From Lachnospiraceae bacterium UBA7202 (GTDB lineage: Bacteria; Bacillota; Clostridia; Lachnospirales; Lachnospiraceae), in the NCBI GenBank assembly GCA_002490705.1, contig DKUO01000023.1, forward strand, positions 6,535 through 70,534: a DNA stretch of 64,000 nt, written 5' to 3'. A program made the translations under genes and the position numbers. The notes below the pieces were generated by a model. The model saw only the letters and a program-made list of their open reading frames with translations, ran no database searches and had not been told where the DNA came from. Below are positions 21,245 to 31,061 of this stretch, piece after piece (positions within the stretch are counted from its first letter, which is position 1; each line of letters opens with the position of its first letter).

Positions 21245-22849
21245 ATGGCAGTAAAATATGTATTTGTCACAGGAGGCGTCGTATCGGGTCTCGGCAAGGG
21301 AATCACGGCGGCATCACTGGGAAGACTTTTGAAGGCGCGCGGCTACAAGGTAACCATGCAGAAATTTGACCCCTATATCAACATTGATCCGGGAACTATG
21401 AACCCGATTCAGCACGGCGAAGTGTTTGTCACCGAGGACGGCACCGAAACCGACCTCGATCTCGGCCATTACGAGCGTTTCATTGATGAAAATCTGGACA
21501 AAAACTCCAATGTAACCACGGGAAAGGTATATTGGTCCGTTCTGCAAAAGGAACGGCGGGGAGACTATGGCGGCGGAACCGTTCAGGTAATCCCCCATAT
21601 TACCAACGAGATAAAAAGCCGGTTCTACCGCAATTTTACAGATCAGGAAACCCGCATCGCCATCATCGAGGTGGGCGGTACTGTAGGCGATATTGAAAGC
21701 CAGCCCTTTTTGGAATCTATTCGCCAATTCCAGCACGAGGTCGGACGGGAGAACGCAATCTTAATTCATGTTACCCTGATTCCCTATCTGAGCGCTTCGC
21801 AGGAATTGAAAACGAAACCCACACAGGCAAGCGTTAAGGACTTACAGGGCATGGGAATCCAGCCCGATATCATTGTCTGCCGCAGCGAACATCCCTTAGA
21901 TCAGGGCATCAAAGACAAGATCGCACTGTTTTGTAATGTGCCGAACAATCACGTACTGCAAAATCTGGATGTGGAATACATCTATGAGGCTCCTCTCGCC
22001 ATGGAGGAAGAGCATTTGGCTCAGGTAGCTTGCGAGTGTCTGAATCTGGATTGCCCGGAGCCCGATCTGGCCGACTGGAAGGCTATGGTAGAATCCCTGC
22101 GGACTCCCACCGATTCCGTGACCGTTGCCCTTGTCGGCAAATACACGCAGCTTCACGACGCCTACATCAGTGTGGTAGAAGCCCTGAAACACGGCGGTAT
22201 TTCCCATCACTGTGTAGTAGATATTAAGTGGGTAGACTCCGAAACTGTTACAAAAGAAAACGTGGATTCCATTCTCCATGATGTGAACGGTATTCTAGTG
22301 CCCGGCGGCTTCGGTGACCGGGGTATCGATGGCAAGATCGAGGCCATCACTTACGCCAGAGAACATAAAATTCCTTTCCTCGGACTCTGCCTTGGTATGC
22401 AGTTGGCCATTGTAGAGTTTGCCAGAAACGTAATCGGCTACAATGATGCCCACAGCATCGAATTAGACCCTTCCACTACCCATCCCGTGATCGCGCTGAT
22501 GCCCGATCAGAACGGTGTGGAGGACATCGGCGGCACCCTGCGGCTCGGTTCCTATCCCTGTGTGTTGGACAAGACCTCCAAAGCCTATGAACTGTACGGG
22601 GAAGAAACCATCCACGAGCGGCACAGACACCGCTATGAGGTCAACAACGACTACCGTGCCGTGCTTACGGAAAAAGGCATGAAACTTTCAGGGCTATCCC
22701 CCGACGGGCGTATCGTGGAAATGTGCGAACTTGCAGACCATCCCTTCTTTGTGGCAACGCAGGCGCACCCGGAATTAAAATCCAGACCGAACAGACCACA
22801 CCCGCTTTTCAAGGGATTTGTGGAGGCTGCATTACATCAGAAAAAATAA
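21245..22849 (+). CDS. pyrG: CTP synthase
   Basis: [16 protein letters not shown]-terminus and GATase GLCLGMQ / HRHRYEVN. I placed the start at ATG 21245 behind AGGAAAGGGA. Confidence 0.93.
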   Translation: MAVKYVFVTGGVVSGLGKGITAASLGRLLKARGYKVTMQKFDPYINIDPGTMNPIQHGEVFVTEDGTETDLDLGHYERFIDENLDKNSNVTTGKVYWSVLQKERRGDYGGGTVQVIPHITNEIKSRFYRNFTDQETRIAIIEVGGTVGDIESQPFLESIRQFQHEVGRENAILIHVTLIPYLSASQELKTKPTQASVKDLQGMGIQPDIIVCRSEHPLDQGIKDKIALFCNVPNNHVLQNLDVEYIYEAPLAMEEEHLAQVACECLNLDCPEPDLADWKAMVESLRTPTDSVTVALVGKYTQLHDAYISVVEALKHGGISHHCVVDIKWVDSETVTKENVDSILHDVNGILVPGGFGDRGIDGKIEAITYAREHKIPFLGLCLGMQLAIVEFARNVIGYNDAHSIELDPSTTHPVIALMPDQNGVEDIGGTLRLGSYPCVLDKTSKAYELYGEETIHERHRHRYEVNNDYRAVLTEKGMKLSGLSPDGRIVEMCELADHPFFVATQAHPELKSRPNRPHPLFKGFVEAALHQKK

Positions 22850-22865
22850 AGAAAAGAAGGGCAGA

Positions 22866-25145
22866 TTACTGCCCTTCCTCCAATGCATTCAACTTATCTA
22901 CAATCGCCTGCACATCCCCCATCGTCACAGTGCCATCACCGAAACTCACAGGCCCACGCAGCGGCATATATCTGGACATAGCTTCATTCATTTCATCCGT
23001 GATCGCCTCACTGGCCGCGCTGCCCTCTTCTCCGCTGCCGAAAAGATCTTTCGTTACCAACGTCTTTACAATCTCCCATGCTTTGGGATCTCTTCTGACA
23101 TCTCCCATGGTAGTATCCGTCGTATAAACGAACGGAATCTTCACGGTGGATTCCACAGTCACTTCTTTCGTCAATCTGATATCTCTCGAAGAACTTCCCG
23201 CCATCAGATCAAACGCTCCCGTCTCCACATACCAGTCATGAATCTTTACGCTGTAAAATGCGAAAGCCCTCTTATCCAGCCGGAAAGTAACCGTCTTCGT
23301 CTCACCCGGCGCAAGCTCAACCTTTTCAAAACCTTTCAGCTCCTTTACCGGGCGGATCACCGTACTCTCCTTGTCAGCCACATAGAGCTGTACCACTTCC
23401 TTACCTGTCACACTTCCGGTGTTTCTGATATCCACGGAAACCTCCATGGTATCCGTGTCCTTCATGGAATCCTTATCCGTCCGCAGGTTGGAATACTCAA
23501 AAGTCGTGTAAGAAAGACCGTGTCCGAAGGGGAAAAGCACCTCCATTTTTTTCTTATCATAATAGCGGTATCCCACAAAAATACCCTCGCGGTACTCCAC
23601 CTTGTCCCTCTCCCCGATATAGAAGAGGTAGGAAGGATTATCTTCCAGCTTCAAAGGAAATGTCTCCGGCAGCTTTGCACTGGGATTCACTTTGCCGAAC
23701 AGAATATCGCAAACCGCGCCGCCCACTGCCTGACCGCCCAGATATGCCTCCACAATGCCTTTCACCTGATTTACCCAGGGCATCTCCACAGGAGAACCAT
23801 TGTGCAGCACCACCACAGTGTTCGGTTGTACCTCCGCTACCTTGGCAATCAGCTCGTTCTGACAGTTCGGCATCCGCATATGCGATCTGTCAAAACCCTC
23901 CGATTCAAAAGCATCAGGGAGTCCGGCAAAGATAACTGCAACCTTCGCCTTCTTCGCCGCCTCTACCGCCTCCGCAAGCAGTTTTTCATCCGTTCTGTCT
24001 TCCTTATCGTCAAAGCCCTGCGCATAGGTAACATTTCCCATATCCTTTACTTCGTCCAACGCCGAAGTGATTTTGTGGCTATTAATATGGGAGCTGCCGC
24101 CGCCCTGATACCGGGGCGTCTTTGCATATTTTCCGATAAAAGCAATCTCATCCTTCTCCGACAGCGGAAGCACGCCCTCATTTTTCAGGAGCACAATGGT
24201 TTCCTGTGCCACCCTGCGCGCCACTTCATGGTCTTTATCCCGGTCAAAAACCGCCGCTTTATTTCGATTTTCCTCATAGCGGAAAACAATATTTAAAATG
24301 CGTGCCACCGCAATATCCAGAACCCTTTCAGGCAATTCGCCGCTCTGCACTGCGCCCACGATCAATTTATCATTGGAACCGCCCGAGGAGGGCATTTCCA
24401 GATCCAGACCCGCCTGTAAATCCTTAACGCGGCTGTTGACTGCGCCCCAGTCGCTCATTACATAACCCTCAAAGCCCCATTCGTCCCGCAGAACCTCCGT
24501 CAGATACTTGTGGTTCTCCGCTGCGTAAGTGCCGTTGATTTTGTTATAAGAGCACATCACCGTCCACGGTTTTTCTTTTTTTACCGCACCTTCAAAAGCG
24601 GCCAGATATATTTCCCGAAGAGTCCGCTCATCAATTTTGGAATCCGAAGACATCCTTCTGGTCTCCTGATTGTTCGCCAAAAAATGTTTGATACTCGTTC
24701 CCACGTTTTTACTCTGCACGCCATGGATCAGCGCACCTGCAGCCTCACTGGCCACAAACGGATCCTCGGAGTAATATTCAAAATTCCGCCCGCAAAGAGG
24801 AGAGCGTTTGATGTTCACAGCCGGGCCCAAAATGACGCTCACGCCTTCCGCCTGACATTCCTCACCCAACGTTTCGCCCATCTGCGCCAAAAGCTCCCTG
24901 TTAAAGGAAGCCGCCGTTCCACAGCCTGCCGGAAAGCATACCGCCTTAATGCTCTCGTTAACCCCAAGATGATCGCCTTCCTGATCCTGTTTCCGCAGTC
25001 CATGAGGTCCGTCCGACACCATGCTTGCGGGAATCCCCAAACGCTCCACCGCCTCCGTATGCCAAAAATCCGCACCGGAACACATGGAGGCCTTCTCCTC
25101 CAATGTCATCTTTGACACGATCTCCCTGATCTTTTCTGCTGTCAT
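22866..25145 (-). CDS. Beta-glucosidase, GH3 (BglX-like)
   Basis: About 759 aa. SDGPHGLRK, KHFLANNQE, GYVMSDWGA (nucleophile Asp region) and a C-terminal Fn3-like domain. The start ATG is preceded by GGAGGG. Confidence 0.88.
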   Translation of the reverse strand: MTAEKIREIVSKMTLEEKASMCSGADFWHTEAVERLGIPASMVSDGPHGLRKQDQEGDHLGVNESIKAVCFPAGCGTAASFNRELLAQMGETLGEECQAEGVSVILGPAVNIKRSPLCGRNFEYYSEDPFVASEAAGALIHGVQSKNVGTSIKHFLANNQETRRMSSDSKIDERTLREIYLAAFEGAVKKEKPWTVMCSYNKINGTYAAENHKYLTEVLRDEWGFEGYVMSDWGAVNSRVKDLQAGLDLEMPSSGGSNDKLIVGAVQSGELPERVLDIAVARILNIVFRYEENRNKAAVFDRDKDHEVARRVAQETIVLLKNEGVLPLSEKDEIAFIGKYAKTPRYQGGGSSHINSHKITSALDEVKDMGNVTYAQGFDDKEDRTDEKLLAEAVEAAKKAKVAVIFAGLPDAFESEGFDRSHMRMPNCQNELIAKVAEVQPNTVVVLHNGSPVEMPWVNQVKGIVEAYLGGQAVGGAVCDILFGKVNPSAKLPETFPLKLEDNPSYLFYIGERDKVEYREGIFVGYRYYDKKKMEVLFPFGHGLSYTTFEYSNLRTDKDSMKDTDTMEVSVDIRNTGSVTGKEVVQLYVADKESTVIRPVKELKGFEKVELAPGETKTVTFRLDKRAFAFYSVKIHDWYVETGAFDLMAGSSSRDIRLTKEVTVESTVKIPFVYTTDTTMGDVRRDPKAWEIVKTLVTKDLFGSGEEGSAASEAITDEMNEAMSRYMPLRGPVSFGDGTVTMGDVQAIVDKLNALEEGQ

Positions 25146-25329
25146 GCTATAACCCTCCATTCGCCGTTCAAAGCAGCCCAGACGCCCTCCCCCATTTCAC
25201 CGGGCAGTCTCTGCTATATGTTTCAGTGTAACACGGCCCTTTCCTCAAATGCAAGAGAAAGAAGAGCCTGCCCTTATATTCAGACAAACTCTTCCGTCTT
25301 CCAAAGTCAATTATCCCTTCCAGCTTATC

Positions 25330-26628
25330 CTACGTTTCGCTTTCTTCCGTATAACGGTATCTTTGCAGAACCCGCCCGAATCCCAGACAGACCACAACGC
25401 CCAGCACGCCGAGAATAAACATCATCATAGACGCGCCCGATCCTTTTCCTCTGCCAAACAAGAAAGGTAACATACTGTCGGCAGGGACCGACGCCATAAG
25501 CGGTTCACAGATTTTATCAACCATAAATCCGCCCACGGACAAACCGATAGGAATGGTAAAAAACTGTAGCGTATTTCTACAGGAATACACGCGGCCCTGC
25601 ATTTCCACCGGGATCGTCGTCCTTACGATCACATCAAGGTTTGCGTTCATTAACGGCACAAGCACCCATCCGATGATCTGACCCACACACCATAAAACCG
25701 GCTGCTCGGTAAATGCCAGCAGAAAGTTCTCTGTCCCCAGAGAAAACAACATGGTGAGGTAGATCACACGTATCCTGTTTTTGGGTGCAGGCAATACCGT
25801 TACCACCAAACTGCCTACTAACATTGCAATCCCCGCGCAGGAAGTGACAATGCCCAAAACCGCCTCTCCTCCGATTTCCCGAGGCAGTATCAAAGCCGGC
25901 AGCACCGCGTCAAAAGCGGACGCCACAAAATTGACGCCGGCCAAAAAAAGAATCAGAATAAGCGCCAGCTCATGCTCCCGCAGACAGACAAGCCCTGCCT
26001 TGACGGAATCCGAAAACGATTCCTTATCTTCCTTTCCTTCTTCTTCCATAACGGGAAGTTTCACGCCAAATAGAAGCGCAAAAAATGCGATCAAAAAGGT
26101 GGCCAAATCCACATATATAACGATGTCCATTCCTCCGAAAGCAAATAAAGCCGTAGCCAGTATCGGGTTAAGAATTGTCACAAGAGAACCGGAAAAAGAT
26201 CTCATGCCGCTTGTCTTCTGATAATGCTTTTTCGGCATAATCATGGTCATCGCCACATCGCTCGCAGGCTGTTGTACCGTATTCATCAGCCCATTTACAG
26301 CATTCAAAAGATACATATGAACCGGTCTTAACAAATCCGCCTTCAGCAGAAACAGAACAACAACCGTACTGCACGCCGCCAGCGTATCGCACACAAGCAT
26401 GACCTTCTTTTTATCCCACCTGTCGCTGAGTGCACCCGCAAAAATACTCATCACCACATAGGGTGCATAACTGCACACTGCCAAAAGCGCCGTCTGCAGC
26501 GCAGACCCCGTCTTTTCATAAAGCCAGAGAGTAAGCGCAAAACCCGTCATGGCGCTTCCCAGCTGGGAAAGAGACTGTGTACTCCACAGGATCAGAAACG
26601 TCTTCAATTCTTTTATTGTCTTTTTCAT
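25330..26628 (-). CDS. MFS transporter (EntS/MFS_3-like efflux type)
   Basis: 432 aa with about 12 predicted TM helices. N-terminus LILWSTQSLSQLGSAMTGFALTLW, then GALSDRWDKKK. Confidence 0.75.
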   Translation of the reverse strand: MKKTIKELKTFLILWSTQSLSQLGSAMTGFALTLWLYEKTGSALQTALLAVCSYAPYVVMSIFAGALSDRWDKKKVMLVCDTLAACSTVVVLFLLKADLLRPVHMYLLNAVNGLMNTVQQPASDVAMTMIMPKKHYQKTSGMRSFSGSLVTILNPILATALFAFGGMDIVIYVDLATFLIAFFALLFGVKLPVMEEEGKEDKESFSDSVKAGLVCLREHELALILILFLAGVNFVASAFDAVLPALILPREIGGEAVLGIVTSCAGIAMLVGSLVVTVLPAPKNRIRVIYLTMLFSLGTENFLLAFTEQPVLWCVGQIIGWVLVPLMNANLDVIVRTTIPVEMQGRVYSCRNTLQFFTIPIGLSVGGFMVDKICEPLMASVPADSMLPFLFGRGKGSGASMMMFILGVLGVVVCLGFGRVLQRYRYTEESET

Positions 26629-26777
26629 TTTCGCTTTGCTCCTTTGATTTTTTATTTCAAATCAGGATGCAAAGCCTGAGGACCAAGTCATTTTCCGACT
26701 TCCCCTCCATGCAGTGTCCTCAAGCTCTGCACGGAGCGTTTACAATGCACAACATCGCCGTTTTATTCCTTTCTATT

Positions 26778-27233
26778 TCAGTTTATTTTTATCACCTTCC
26801 ACGCTTCCACAAGCCTCTGCAACGAGTATCCCGCATTAGCAGGGCTGGTAGAGGGCAGTGAAACGGCCTCCCGTCCATTTACCGGAAATATATACTTTCG
26901 GTACAGTTCCTGCGCCTTGCCGCCGTTGGTATAAATTGCCTGTATGTCCGCCTGCGATAAAATCACTGACAGATCGTTCGGTATCACATCGCGGATACTG
27001 GCGTCTGAGGAACCCGTAATCTCACAGCTGGCAATCACGTCCCACACCGCCACATGATGCGTCAAAAGCATCTCCCGCTTCTGTTCAATGCTCTCCGGCA
27101 CCGCACAGTCAAATACCTGCGCCACAACGCGCCAAAAGCGGTTTTGCTTGTGTCCGTAAAAAAAATGCTGCTCCCTCGACTTGACGGAAGGGAAACTGCC
27201 CAAGATTAAAATTCTGGAATCCTTGTCATACAC
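26778..27233 (-). CDS. DNA-deoxyinosine (hypoxanthine) glycosylase, family-6 UDG-like
   Basis: SRILILGSFPS...FFYGHKQNRFW motif. The only in-frame start is GTG at 27233. Family-like residues (NHTIAP) continue upstream without a canonical start codon, so the true start is uncertain. Confidence 0.65.
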   Translation of the reverse strand: MYDKDSRILILGSFPSVKSREQHFFYGHKQNRFWRVVAQVFDCAVPESIEQKREMLLTHHVAVWDVIASCEITGSSDASIRDVIPNDLSVILSQADIQAIYTNGGKAQELYRKYIFPVNGREAVSLPSTSPANAGYSLQRLVEAWKVIKIN

Positions 27234-27270
27234 AGGCGCTATGGTATGATTTTGTCTTTGTCCGTTCGTA

Positions 27271-28317
27271 TCACATTTCCCCCATAACCTTACCGTACTC
27301 TTCCTTCTTCTCCTTCATCACCAGAAGCCCCCGCTCCAGTTCTTCAAACGGCAGCCGATGGGTGATGAACTGCGCCGGTGCAATCCGCCTGTCTCCCAGC
27401 CGCTCCAGCACATAATGCCAGTCGTCGTCCCTGCTGTGGGTAAAGGAAGAGTTCCATGTGCCGAACACCGTCAGCTGATTTCGCAATATTTTCCAGTAAG
27501 TTTCCTTGGGAAACGTCATATCCGAAGCTGGATTGCCCACCAGCATAACACGGCCTCCGGGGCCGGTCATTCGGACTGCCTGCGCTGCCGTCTCGTTTCT
27601 CCCGACACATTCAAAAAACACATCAACGCCCCTGCCATCCGTCCGCGCCGCCAGCCATTCCTCTGCATTCTGCGTCCTGCTGTCGCAAAAGGAGTCCGCA
27701 GGCAGGCCGAGTTTATCTGCCATCTGTCTCTGAAATTCTTTGTTGCCGATGGCATAAATGTTCCTGTATCCTGCTTCCCGCAAAAACATCAGCAAAAACA
27801 GGCCGATCGTCCCCAGACCACAGACTACCATGCTCTCTCCCTCGGAAGGAGCCGCCTTTCTCATGGCGTGAACCGCCACCGCCATAGGCTCTAACATCGC
27901 GGCTTCCCCGTAGGACACTTTCTCTGGCAGTTCAATCAGGTTCTTCTCCGGAACAGACACATATTCGGCAAAGCCGCCGTCCTGACGGGAGCCGAGATAC
28001 CCGTAGTGCCTGCACATTTCATACTTTCCGGCCTGACATGGACCGCAAGTATAGCACGGAATCAAGGGAAAAATTCCTACCCGCTTCCCTTTCCACGCAG
28101 GGTCCACAGTCTCTCCCACTTCCTCCACGACACCTGCAAATTCATGCCCCGGTATGGTCGGGAAATGGTAGGTTCCCGTCTGATAAATGCGTGGTATATC
28201 GGAGCCGCAGATTCCCGCCGCTTTTACCTGTACCAGTACCTCTCCCGAGTCCGGTCGTGGGCACGGCAACTCTTCCAACCGAAGATCCCCTATTCCATGC
28301 AGTCTGTACGCTTTCAT
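27271..28317 (-). CDS. Zinc-dependent alcohol/polyol dehydrogenase (galactitol-1-phosphate / sorbitol dehydrogenase-like MDR)
   Basis: GICGSDIPR, GHEFAGVV and a CxxCxxCxxxxxxxC structural-zinc motif (CYTCGPCQAGKYEMC). I placed the start at ATG 28317 behind GGAG. Confidence 0.8.
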   Translation of the reverse strand: MKAYRLHGIGDLRLEELPCPRPDSGEVLVQVKAAGICGSDIPRIYQTGTYHFPTIPGHEFAGVVEEVGETVDPAWKGKRVGIFPLIPCYTCGPCQAGKYEMCRHYGYLGSRQDGGFAEYVSVPEKNLIELPEKVSYGEAAMLEPMAVAVHAMRKAAPSEGESMVVCGLGTIGLFLLMFLREAGYRNIYAIGNKEFQRQMADKLGLPADSFCDSRTQNAEEWLAARTDGRGVDVFFECVGRNETAAQAVRMTGPGGRVMLVGNPASDMTFPKETYWKILRNQLTVFGTWNSSFTHSRDDDWHYVLERLGDRRIAPAQFITHRLPFEELERGLLVMKEKKEEYGKVMGEM

Positions 28318-28372
28318 GTTATCTCCATTCCCGCAAATATCTTTCCATCTGTCTGCCATCAGTCAGCCGCGC

Positions 28373-29662
28373 CTATTTTCTCAATCTGCCGCCGCCAACC
28401 CCCGCCTTCTTGTTTCCCGCTCCGACACTTGGCTTCACGATTTGGGCCTGCGCTGCATGCTGGGATCGTTTTCGCGAACCGGTCTGTCCAGAAGCTGCGG
28501 AAACTTTTGCTCGAGGAGCTGGTTTAGAAGTTACGGCATGTTTTGCCGGAGGGGGAAGTCCGGAAGCGTCGGCATGTTTTGTCGAAGATACCTCTTGGTG
28601 AATCTCCAATGGATTGGGATGCGCTGCCCGCTCCTGATTATACCGGAATCCCCGGACATAATCAGGATCTCCCGTCCTTTCAAACACATCAAATTTACCT
28701 CTCTTGGTTTGTACACTACCTCTACTTGCAAGCCCTGCCATTCCCAAAAAAAATTTCAACAGGGAGAGTGTCCACTGCTCATTACGCTCTATCTGCTCCA
28801 ATTCTGCCCGTTTCTCAGGCAGAGATATCCCCCGTTGCTCTAACTGTTCCAACAAGGCGGTCGCTTCATTATATATGGGGTCCCCCAACTCCATACTTTT
28901 TTGGATGTTGCCCCCGATATAAACCTCGGATATCCGTGTAAAATCTACAGCATATGAAAAACCGATCTCTGTGTCATTGCCGTTGTGTGCCCATCTACGG
29001 CTCTCAACTACAAACTCTATAGTAGAAGTGCCCTTGCCCTTACTGTCTGTACTGGCTGCCGTTCGATAGGTAAGCCCGCTTACTTCACTTGCCCTCAATA
29101 CGTAAAAAATGCCGCCACTTAATCCCACTGAAGCAAAATTATTGATATTCTCCTGTATGATTTTGGAGCTTAACCGTCCTTCCGGACGGGTATCTTTTAT
29201 GAATCGAAAATAACATACATCCCCTGTTCTGTTTCCCGCATCTTTTGTAAAAGTCGCTCTGGACAGGCTCCTTAAAAAATCACTACACAGCAGTCCCCCT
29301 CCCGCCAATACAGATGGCAGATTAATCATATTGCTGCCCTGCATAAAAGCCACATGCTCTTTTTGTAAGCAGTCAGTGATCGTCTTTTGACTGATCCTCC
29401 TATCTGCGCGCTCTTGCCGAAGGAGGCTCTTTTTTTTCGCCCACCGGCTCTCAAAATTTGTCCGTGGAATCGGCTCCTCCACTACCGCTTGCCTTAACGG
29501 CGGCAATGCCGGTTCCACTTGTGTCGTTCTCCTTTTCGGCGGCGGCTGTTGTACTCTCGGTGCTGGCTGTTGCTCTCTCGGCTGCGGCCGCCTGTCCCTT
29601 GACGGTTCCTGTAGCACCGGTACTGTCAATCTTTTACCGTTACCCCTTGGTTTCCCGCTCAT
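28373..29662 (-). CDS. Hypothetical protein: a globular core of about 260 aa flanked by basic Pro/Gln-rich disordered arms
   Basis: 429-aa ORF, 14 nt downstream of the preceding gene. I see no TM helix, signal peptide or recognisable catalytic motif. Confidence 0.7.
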   Translation of the reverse strand: MSGKPRGNGKRLTVPVLQEPSRDRRPQPREQQPAPRVQQPPPKRRTTQVEPALPPLRQAVVEEPIPRTNFESRWAKKKSLLRQERADRRISQKTITDCLQKEHVAFMQGSNMINLPSVLAGGGLLCSDFLRSLSRATFTKDAGNRTGDVCYFRFIKDTRPEGRLSSKIIQENINNFASVGLSGGIFYVLRASEVSGLTYRTAASTDSKGKGTSTIEFVVESRRWAHNGNDTEIGFSYAVDFTRISEVYIGGNIQKSMELGDPIYNEATALLEQLEQRGISLPEKRAELEQIERNEQWTLSLLKFFLGMAGLASRGSVQTKRGKFDVFERTGDPDYVRGFRYNQERAAHPNPLEIHQEVSSTKHADASGLPPPAKHAVTSKPAPRAKVSAASGQTGSRKRSQHAAQAQIVKPSVGAGNKKAGVGGGRLRK

Positions 29663-29676
29663 TGTCTACGCCTCTA

Positions 29677-30477
29677 CTATTTGCCGCCACCGTCGGGCTT
29701 ACGCAACGGTTCCATTGCCTGTGTAAGCAGCGACGTCAGTTTGGCCATGCCCTCTGACGGCGGCTGCTGGATAGCCCTTGCGTGAATCTTATAGGTTGCC
29801 GAACTGTCGGATTCCCTTTTATGGACACTGTCAGAGGAAACATTTCCTGTTATGCTGGCATTTAATCCAAACCACGACTTGAAGTTAACCGTTGAGCCGA
29901 CATCCATCTTTGTCTCATCGCTTTTCATATCGCTGGTTTTGACTTCCATATCAAAATCCACGGTCACCTCGTCCATCTGGAAGGACGGTATCTGCACCAG
30001 TGCCAGCAGCGGCGCATTGATCTGCATATTTTCAACTTCTACGCTTGTCTCCCCATCCTTTTCGCTGATAACGGGACGAGGCACTTCAAACGTAAGGATG
30101 TTGGTTTCCTGTTTGGTTTCCTCTTTTTCCTCTTTTTTCTTTTTTTCCCTGTACGCCAGCTTCATCACGGTATCCACATAGGTTGCCGCAAGCTGCTGCT
30201 GCACCTTTGCCGCCGCCAGAAACGGCCCTCCGATCAGTGACTCGATGGGAAGTCCTGCAAAAGAAGACGCTACACCATTTCCATCCTTCTTCGGTGTATC
30301 CCCGTCTACTACTGTGCCTTCTCCTGTTGCCGTGGTTCCTTCCTGAAGATTGGTATTAGACAGCGCTGCCGCCTGACCGATGTTTGTCAATGCCTGATTG
30401 ACAATCTCATTTCCCACATTCTTTGCGTCCTCATTCTGTTCTGTCACATTTTGTTCCGTCACATTCTTTTCCGCCAT
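29677..30477 (-). CDS. Hypothetical protein, DUF2589-like (large paralog)
   Basis: 266 aa, with an AAAGGGGAAAGAG RBS. It shares four collinear motifs with the upstream 181-aa ORF: IESLIGGP...A, LTFEV, APLLALVQIPSFQMDEVTVDFDMEV and PPSEGMAKL. The family name comes from memory and has not been searched. Confidence 0.7.
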   Translation of the reverse strand: MAEKNVTEQNVTEQNEDAKNVGNEIVNQALTNIGQAAALSNTNLQEGTTATGEGTVVDGDTPKKDGNGVASSFAGLPIESLIGGPFLAAAKVQQQLAATYVDTVMKLAYREKKKKEEKEETKQETNILTFEVPRPVISEKDGETSVEVENMQINAPLLALVQIPSFQMDEVTVDFDMEVKTSDMKSDETKMDVGSTVNFKSWFGLNASITGNVSSDSVHKRESDSSATYKIHARAIQQPPSEGMAKLTSLLTQAMEPLRKPDGGGK

Positions 30478-30515
30478 ACTCTTTCCCCTTTCACAGTATC
30501 TTTGCTATGTTACGT

Positions 30516-31061
30516 TTACAGTTCCTTTAAATGATTATCCGAAATTTTCGCAATTCCCTCCACGGGCAGGGCATTTTTAAATTGCAAATCCATTTCGTCT
30601 ATCATCCCGTCATTTGATCCCGACGGCCTGCATTCCGCCATTACCTCACCATCCTGCGCATAAAGTTTCAGTCTCAGCTTTACATCCACAGTCTCTAAAC
30701 GCATGCTGGTGTTATGTACCAGTGCGGGCATCGGAATATTGCGTATCTCATTTCCGTCATGAAATGACAGATTAAACATAACCGGTTTATAATTTTCATC
30801 CTGTTTCTCATATCCCCGTTCAATATAATGCCTTAATGTCTCCTCCTCCAGCGCAGCGTTTACGCTGCTGACGGCGGCGCCTATGCCCTTCAATAAATCT
30901 TCTAATAACACTGCCATTTCTTTTCTCCCAACTATCATTTTCTCCGTTGTCCCGTTTATAACAAATTTTATTTCGCAATCCTTACTGCTTTTCGTAACAT
31001 TCTTCAACAACATTCCACTTACTCTGCCGCGCCGGCTCGCAAGATATGTATTGTCAATCAT
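30516..31061 (-). CDS. Hypothetical protein, DUF2589-like (small paralog); start codon uncertain
   Basis: 181-aa ORF. Motifs LEDLLKGIGAAV, MFNLSF, IPMPALVHNTSMRLETVDVKLRLKL and LPVEGIAKI. The first ATG overlaps a consensus -10 box, so Met17 (31013) or Met42 (30938) may be the true start. Confidence 0.65.
   Translation of the reverse strand: MIDNTYLASRRGRVSGMLLKNVTKSSKDCEIKFVINGTTEKMIVGRKEMAVLLEDLLKGIGAAVSSVNAALEEETLRHYIERGYEKQDENYKPVMFNLSFHDGNEIRNIPMPALVHNTSMRLETVDVKLRLKLYAQDGEVMAECRPSGSNDGMIDEMDLQFKNALPVEGIAKISDNHLKEL

Noticed and set aside
22818-24296. A 492-aa ORF on the + strand.
   Set aside because: It lies entirely antisense to the GH3 beta-glucosidase gene, which has clear family motifs. 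Its translation is Arg/His/Leu-rich low complexity with no recognisable motif or RBS. It is a shadow ORF.
28373-29662. A possible NlpC/P60- or papain-like peptidase in the 429-aa protein (GGGLLCSDFL ... GDVCYFRF ... WAHNGND).
   Set aside because: The spacing and context of the Cys, His and Asp candidates do not match the family pattern I know. There is no second conserved His block. It is too weak to call.
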